From an uncultured Actinomycetota bacterium (GTDB lineage Bacteria; Actinomycetota; Actinomycetes; Streptosporangiales; Streptosporangiaceae): a stretch of 64,000 bases of DNA. The translations under genes were made by a program, and so were the position numbers. The notes beneath the pieces are model-generated. The model was given only the letters and a program-made list of their open reading frames with translations, searched no databases and was not told the DNA's origin. The stretch spans positions 40,499 through 104,498 of the forward strand of contig CAWBJA010000018.1 in NCBI GenBank assembly GCA_963788895.1, given 5' to 3'. Shown here piece after piece: positions 58,813 through 64,000 of this stretch; positions within the stretch are counted from its first letter, which is position 1; each line of letters opens with the position of its first letter.

Positions 58813-59340
58813 ATGACCTCACTTAGTGAGACCACCGCCGAAGACCAGATGTTCACCGCAAACGCCCCGATCGCGCCGGCCGAGTCCCCGGGCCCGGCCG
58901 TGGTGATAGCCGCCGATGAGTCTCAGCTGTCCAGTCCCGCAGTCTGGGAATACCAGGACGTCACCGCACCCGGCAGCCCTGCCGAAGAGCCGGGTGCCTG
59001 CGGCGAAGCGGAAGCTGAGACCTCCCCGGACGCTGCGGCGCCAGATGCGGCGCCTGAGCCCAGTCCCGGATCACCTGGCGCCAGTGACGGCACAGGTCCC
59101 GCGGTGCGCTGGCCCGAGATCCAGGCCACGTTCGTCGACGATCCGCGCGCCTGCCTTGAACTGGCCGCCCAGGTCACCGGCGACAGCGCCGAAGCGCTCA
59201 CCGCATCCATCCAGGAACAACAGCACACACTGCTCTCAGCCTGGCAGCACGACGACGCCAGCACCGAAGACCTGCGCGTCGCGCTCCAGCACTACCGCAC
59301 GTTCTGGAACCGCCTCGAAGACATCACCCGCGCACCCTGA
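58813..59340 (+). CDS. hypothetical acidic protein, C-terminal domain paralogous to the preceding ORF
   Basis: WPEIQATFVDDPRACLELAAQV...STEDLRVALQHYRTFW parallels WAGIQERFVDAPADAVAGSQLL...STEDLRQAMINYRVLF. Confidence 0.5.
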   Translation: MTSLSETTAEDQMFTANAPIAPAESPGPAVVIAADESQLSSPAVWEYQDVTAPGSPAEEPGACGEAEAETSPDAAAPDAAPEPSPGSPGASDGTGPAVRWPEIQATFVDDPRACLELAAQVTGDSAEALTASIQEQQHTLLSAWQHDDASTEDLRVALQHYRTFWNRLEDITRAP

Positions 59341-59739
59341 CCACCCGCCAATGAATGCATCCGCCGCCCGCGATTTCTCCCCAGATAGCCAGACCAGCCA
59401 CCCGTCCTGCGGGTCGGTGCAATAAAGACAGGAGCTACCGATGTTTATCGGGGTCTTCGAAGTTAGCCGGGGCCAGGTTGCCGTCCGGTTACCAGATGTG
59501 ATCGCTTGAGCCCGTACCCGGCGTCGCCGAAGCGGTCGCGGCGGCCGTACCTGGCCCGCACGACGCGCTGCTGGACGTCCCTGGTCATATCGGCAGCGAG
59601 CTGCACGGATGGAACAAGTCCACGACCAGCCGGGCGGCTGGGGATGGGGGGCCGGCCGCGGCGGTGCTCAGTCCCCTTGCATGGCACTGCGGTGGCGCTC
59701 CTCAGGTAGCCGCATCACGGGGCGCACGGCGCGATCTCG

Positions 59740-60528
59740 TCACGCACGGCGGACAGGCCACGAGCTATTCCGAGATAGCCGTGCAGTGCGGGGCCAGGAT
59801 GATCTTGATATGCCCGGAGCGCCGAGCACGATGTAGTACTCATGGCTCGCGGAGACCGTCCAGGCGTGACCGGTCAGGTCAGCGGACCCGCGCGCGTCGG
59901 TCATGCCGGCTGCCCAGGTATGGACGGCGGCGTTGCCGGCGCAGTCGGCCCCGAACAACTCGTACCTGGAATGCGGCTGCCCGCCGGTGATCTGGGCGGT
60001 CACGATGACCTGCGCCGGCCCGGCAGACGAGCGGACCGCGAACACGGTCACCTGGCCTGCCAGCGGCCCGGGTGACGGGAGTGCCTCAGTGCTGCTGGAG
60101 AGTGCCAGTGCGGGGCCGGGGGGAGCAAGCGCGCGGTTTGTGCGCAGCTGCCGATGCAGTGATGCCGCCTCACCGCGGTAATGCACGGCGGCGAGGATCG
60201 CCCCGGTCAGTGCCGCCGCGACCAGCACCAGCGCCGTCGGCCAGGCGACCCGGCGCGAGAACGTCCGCGGGTCAGCGGTGATTACGTCAGCTGGCCGTGT
60301 GGGCTGCACATGGCAATTAGAGACCGGCAGCAACAGCCCGTCAAAACAGTCGCCAGAGCCCGGGCGGTTGTGCCGCATGCGCGCCAGAACCGGCCGGCGC
60401 GGTCTGACGGGCGCGAGCTCAGCTCCGGCGCCCGTCCAAGGCGATCTGATAAAGAGGGGTAACCGGGCGAGGCCAGGAGGAAGCTGGTCCCGAATCCGGC
60501 GAGGACATCGACGCCGGTGATCGCGCAA
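59740..60528 (-). CDS. hypothetical single-pass membrane protein with an anti-sigma-factor-like extracytoplasmic domain (start uncertain)
   Basis: TM segment VAWPTALVLVAAALTGAILAAV followed by a beta-rich domain (GQVTVFAVRSSAGPAQVIVTAQITGGQPHSRYELFGAD...). The family assignment is only a resemblance. Confidence 0.35.
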   Translation of the reverse strand: MRDHRRRCPRRIRDQLPPGLARLPLFIRSPWTGAGAELAPVRPRRPVLARMRHNRPGSGDCFDGLLLPVSNCHVQPTRPADVITADPRTFSRRVAWPTALVLVAAALTGAILAAVHYRGEAASLHRQLRTNRALAPPGPALALSSSTEALPSPGPLAGQVTVFAVRSSAGPAQVIVTAQITGGQPHSRYELFGADCAGNAAVHTWAAGMTDARGSADLTGHAWTVSASHEYYIVLGAPGISRSSWPRTARLSRNSSWPVRRA

Positions 60529-60848
60529 ACCTCACCACGAGCTTGCGGGCCGCCATCGGCGCGACAGATGCCAGGTCTGCCTCGGCCAGCGGCCGGGCAG
60601 GCGACGCAGGGCCAGTCGCAGCGTCGGCAGATTCTTTGCCGTCGCCGCGAAACCGGGCCGGCCGCGACAAGTCGATCTTGCCGCCTCCTGGCGTGGCAGC
60701 TTTACGGGTCTTCGGAAGCTAGCCCGGGTCGGGTTGGCGTCCCGTTAGATGTGATCGCCGTGGTGTGACGGCCGGTGACCGCCGGGCGGTTCGGGTGCAT
60801 GCGGTCCGGACGCGGCGGCGCTGGTTCGCCGGGTTGCGGAAGGAATAG

Positions 60849-61235
60849 GCCAGCGACCCGCCGACTCCAGTCCCCGAACCGTTCGCCGCGATGCTCACCG
60901 AACTGGCCGCCAACCGCGTGAACATGAACACCGCCGCCAATCCTGGCTGCCAGTGGCTGTTCCCCGGCCAGCGCGCCGGCCAGCCCCTCATGCCCATCGG
61001 GCTCCGCCGACAGCTCCACGAACTCGGCATCCCGCTCACCCAGGCAAGGACAGCAGCGTTCCGCCAGCTCGTGCTCCAGGCCCCGCCTCCGGTCGTCGCC
61101 CGCTCCCTCGGCTTCGACTACGGCACCGCCACCGAACACGCCATCGCAGCAGGCGGCACCTGGAACCGCTACCCGGCCGCGCGCAGGGACAGCACCCTGG
61201 CGCCTCTGCACCCCAGCCGGGGAGGGGCGCCTTGA
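60849..61235 (+). pseudogene. C-terminal remnant of a second copy of the large integrase-like protein
   Basis: CQWLFPGQRAGQPLMPIGLRRQLHELGIPLTQARTAAFRQLVLQAPPPVVARSLGFDYGTATEHAIAAGGTWNRY aligns with residues of about 580-655 of the 51066..53057 product. An in-frame stop lies just upstream. Confidence 0.5.
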
Positions 61236-61570
61236 CCAGCCGTCTGACCGCTGTGCTCCGCGCGGCCGCTGACGGCCTGCCCGCCGGTGAGGCAGCCCAG
61301 CTCACCATCACACGCAGTGATCGGGTTCGCTGGGCCTCGGCCGTGCAGTATGCCACGGCTTGGGCTGCATCCAGCACCGGACTTCTCTGAGCAACGGCTG
61401 TCCCGCAGGCACAGGCTCCGTCTACAGGTGGTCCGCGGCCCGCCTGAATTCGTCCTTACCTGGCTGCTGTGCCGTATCGCGAGTGATCGGCTTGCGCCCG
61501 CAAATCATTCAGTGTTATACATAACCATAACAATCTTTCGGCCGGTCCAGTCCGGGAAGGGACGTGCAGT

Positions 61571-62041
61571 GTGATCGACTTCCATGTCGATAAGGCGGGC
61601 AGCGTGCCCGTCTATGCGCAGCTGGTGCGCCAGGTGCGGGAGGCGATGCGGCTGGGTCTGCTGCATCCCGGTGACCGGCTGCCAACCGTGCGAGAGGTCG
61701 TCACCTCGTGCACAGTGAATGCGGCCACCGTGCTCAAGGCGTATCGCGAGCTGGAGATGTCCGGGCTCGCCGAGTCCCGGCAGGGTTCTGGGACGTTCGT
61801 CACCGGCACTCTGGGATCTGCTGATCCCCACGTCATGGCCCGGCTGAGGGGCGGCTTGTCACGCTGGCTGGATCAGGCGCGCGAGGCAGGACTCGAAGAC
61901 GAGGACGTCCAGGCGCTTGTGGCCTCCGTGCTCGCCCAGCAGGCAGCGGGCGCGCCACGAGCCGGAGATCCCGGTCCGGCACGGCGGGCCGCCGGTGCAG
62001 AAGTGGCACCGCGTGCCGCCGGGATCGGAGGTGCGGCGTGA
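61571..62041 (+). CDS. GntR family (YtrA-like) transcriptional regulator
   Basis: Winged HTH VPVYAQLVRQVREAMRLGLLHPGDRLPTVREVVTSCTVNAATVLKAYRELEMSGLAESRQGSGTFV. The stop overlaps the ABC gene start (GTGA). Confidence 0.8.
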   Translation: MIDFHVDKAGSVPVYAQLVRQVREAMRLGLLHPGDRLPTVREVVTSCTVNAATVLKAYRELEMSGLAESRQGSGTFVTGTLGSADPHVMARLRGGLSRWLDQAREAGLEDEDVQALVASVLAQQAAGAPRAGDPGPARRAAGAEVAPRAAGIGGAA

Positions 62042-62952
62042 GCGAGGAGCCGAGCGCCCTGGAGGCCAGGGGCCTGACCAAGCGCTACCGCGACGTGGTG
62101 GCGCTGAGCGAGTGCAGCTTCCAGCTGCCCGCGCACCGCATCATCGCGCTGGTCGGGGCCAACGGCGCGGGCAAGTCCACGCTGATGAGCATCGCCGCCG
62201 GGCTGCTGCCGGCCACCAGCGGTGAGGTCCTGGCCGGCGGGCAACGCGTTGACCCGCACCGCCGGCCCCGCCCGGCCGACACCGCGCACCGGGTCGCCAT
62301 CCTCGCCCAGGACAAGCCGCTCTACCGCGACTTCACCGTCGCCGACATGCTGAAGTTCGGGCAGCACACCAACCGCGTCTGGGACCAGCGGCGGGCGGTG
62401 AACTGGCTGGATCGCTTCGAGGTGCCGCTCCAGCGGCGCTGCGGCCGGCTGTCCGGCGGGCAGCGCGCCCAGGTCGCCCTCGCGGTCGCGCTCGGCGGCT
62501 GCCCCGATGTGCTGCTGCTGGATGAGCCGCTGGCGAATCTGGACCCCGTCGCCCGCAGCGAGGTCACCGGGGAGCTGATAGCCGAGGTCGCCGACAGCGG
62601 CATGACCGTGACGATCTCGACCCACATCGTGGCCGAGCTCGCCGGGGTAGCTGAGTACCTGCTGCTGCTGGCTGCTGGCCGGCCGGTGCTGGCCGGTGAC
62701 ATCGAGGAACTGCTCACCGGCCATGTGCGGCTGGCTGGCCCCCGCGCGGACCTGCCACCGTGCCCCGGCGAGATCGTCCGGGCCCAGCACACCGAGCGCC
62801 AGTCCACCTTCATCGTCCGGCTACCCAGCCAGGCCGTGCCCTCCGCTGTCGCCCCGGGGTGGAGCAGCGGGCCGGTGACCCTCGAGCAACTGACCATCAC
62901 CTACCTCAAGACGTCCGCGAAGCCGCCCCGAGTCCTGGAGGCCGCCGTATGA
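62038..62952 (+). CDS. ABC transporter ATP-binding protein
   Basis: Walker A GANGAGKST, signature LSGGQR, Walker B LLLLDEP. Confidence 0.9.
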   Translation: MSEEPSALEARGLTKRYRDVVALSECSFQLPAHRIIALVGANGAGKSTLMSIAAGLLPATSGEVLAGGQRVDPHRRPRPADTAHRVAILAQDKPLYRDFTVADMLKFGQHTNRVWDQRRAVNWLDRFEVPLQRRCGRLSGGQRAQVALAVALGGCPDVLLLDEPLANLDPVARSEVTGELIAEVADSGMTVTISTHIVAELAGVAEYLLLLAAGRPVLAGDIEELLTGHVRLAGPRADLPPCPGEIVRAQHTERQSTFIVRLPSQAVPSAVAPGWSSGPVTLEQLTITYLKTSAKPPRVLEAAV

Positions 62953-63998
62953 GCGCACTGAGCACACCCGGTTCTACCACCCCTGCGGCGTATCGCGGCC
63001 GGGGACGCGGCGGCGCGCGCCTGGCCGACCTGGTCTGGCTCACCTGGCGTCAACACCGCGCGGTCATCGTCGCGGGCCTGGCAGTCGCCGGGGTGGTCAC
63101 CGGTTCCATGCTCTACGTCGCTGCGCGCATCGCGACGATCAACCAGGAGTGCAAGAACACGGCCTGCCCGCCCGGCTCGGCCCAGGCCGCGTCCCTCACA
63201 GGCCTCTTCGGACTCACCAATCTGTCGATCTACCTCACCATCATCGTGTTGTTCCTGCCGTTGCTGACCGGCGTGTTCCTCGGCGCCCCGCTGCTGGCCC
63301 GCGAACACGAGCAGCGCACCCTGCTGCTGGCCTGGAGCCAGGACATCACCCCGCAGCGCTGGCTGTGGACCAAGTTCGCGCTGCTCGGCGTCCTGACCGC
63401 AGCGGCGGGAGCGGCGGTGTCCGCCGCTGCCGGGCACCTGGCCCACATGGTGAGCATCGCGACCGGGCGGAGCTTGTTCTCCCTGTTCTCCGGCGCCGGG
63501 TTCCTGGTCACCGGCATGCTGCCGCTGGTGGTGCAGACCGTGGCGTGGCTCGCCATCGGTGTGGCGCTGGGCGCCGCGTACCGCCGCACCCTGCCCGCCA
63601 TCTTCACCGCGCTCACCGGGTACATCGCCGTCCTCTTCCTTGTCGTGTGGCAGTATCCGTCCCTCATGACGCCGCTGACAGCCCTGGTCCCCATCAGCGG
63701 CAACCAGGACTTCACCTCCCGGCTGGGCGCCAGCATCCTGGTCGTCCACCAGGGCATGGACACGATCTACGACGCGTCCGGCCACGCCATGAACCGCGCC
63801 TCCGTGCAGTCGCTATGCCCGTCAGGGAACAGCGACTGCCCGGCGCAACACCACCTTATGGAAGCCCTGCGCTATCAGCCGGGGAGCCGGATTCCCGACT
63901 TCCACCTCATCCTGGCCTGCGGCTATTTCGCCCTCGGCGCGATCGCCGTCGCCGTCGTGTGGTGGCTGGTCCGGCGCACCAGCCTGAGCGCTGGCTAA
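62949..63998 (+). CDS. ABC-2 type transporter permease
   Basis: ATGA overlap with the ATPase gene. Six or more TM segments. Paralog of 44036..45091. Confidence 0.7.
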   Translation: MSALSTPGSTTPAAYRGRGRGGARLADLVWLTWRQHRAVIVAGLAVAGVVTGSMLYVAARIATINQECKNTACPPGSAQAASLTGLFGLTNLSIYLTIIVLFLPLLTGVFLGAPLLAREHEQRTLLLAWSQDITPQRWLWTKFALLGVLTAAAGAAVSAAAGHLAHMVSIATGRSLFSLFSGAGFLVTGMLPLVVQTVAWLAIGVALGAAYRRTLPAIFTALTGYIAVLFLVVWQYPSLMTPLTALVPISGNQDFTSRLGASILVVHQGMDTIYDASGHAMNRASVQSLCPSGNSDCPAQHHLMEALRYQPGSRIPDFHLILACGYFALGAIAVAVVWWLVRRTSLSAG

Positions 63999-64000
63999 CG

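Overview
Very GC-rich actinobacterial chromosomal DNA that falls into two parts. (1) Positions 1-26.1 kb are a conserved housekeeping block in Streptomyces-like order: valS end, folC, DUF4233, mreB-mreC-mreD-PBP2-rodA, a TauE-type exporter, a radical SAM pair (TIGR03960/TIGR03936 type), rne, rplU, rpmA, obg, an M48 peptidase, a PaaK-like ligase, nadD, rsfS, a histidine phosphatase and tRNA-Ala(GGC). ndk, which sits between DUF4233 and mreB in Streptomyces, is absent. (2) From the tRNA to 64 kb lies an accessory mosaic full of insertion-sequence debris. It holds an intact IS110 element, two copies of an rve-integrase IS, IS481/IS701/IS3 fragments, and a three-level nested insertion: a tyrosine-recombinase element inside ISL3 inside IS21. 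It also holds a Cas3-HD-like remnant, a HigBA-like toxin-antitoxin pair, two paralogous GntR-ABC-ABC2 modules, secreted lectin/Calx-beta proteins and a roughly 6 kb NLR/STAND-type gene. That gene has the domain order HTH, caspase-like domain, NACHT P-loop, about 20 WD40 repeats, and 12 of the repeats are near-identical 147-bp units. The NLR-type gene is the strongest candidate for an unusual system; the zinc-ribbon-rich tyrosine-recombinase element is second. Single-nucleotide frame breaks occur in many genes, core ones included (mreB, PBP2 twice, rodA, rne, the NLR three times, transposases). I therefore read most of them as probable assembly indels rather than gene decay, but this must be checked. 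Most long ORFs on the strand opposite real genes are high-GC shadow ORFs and are not reported as genes.
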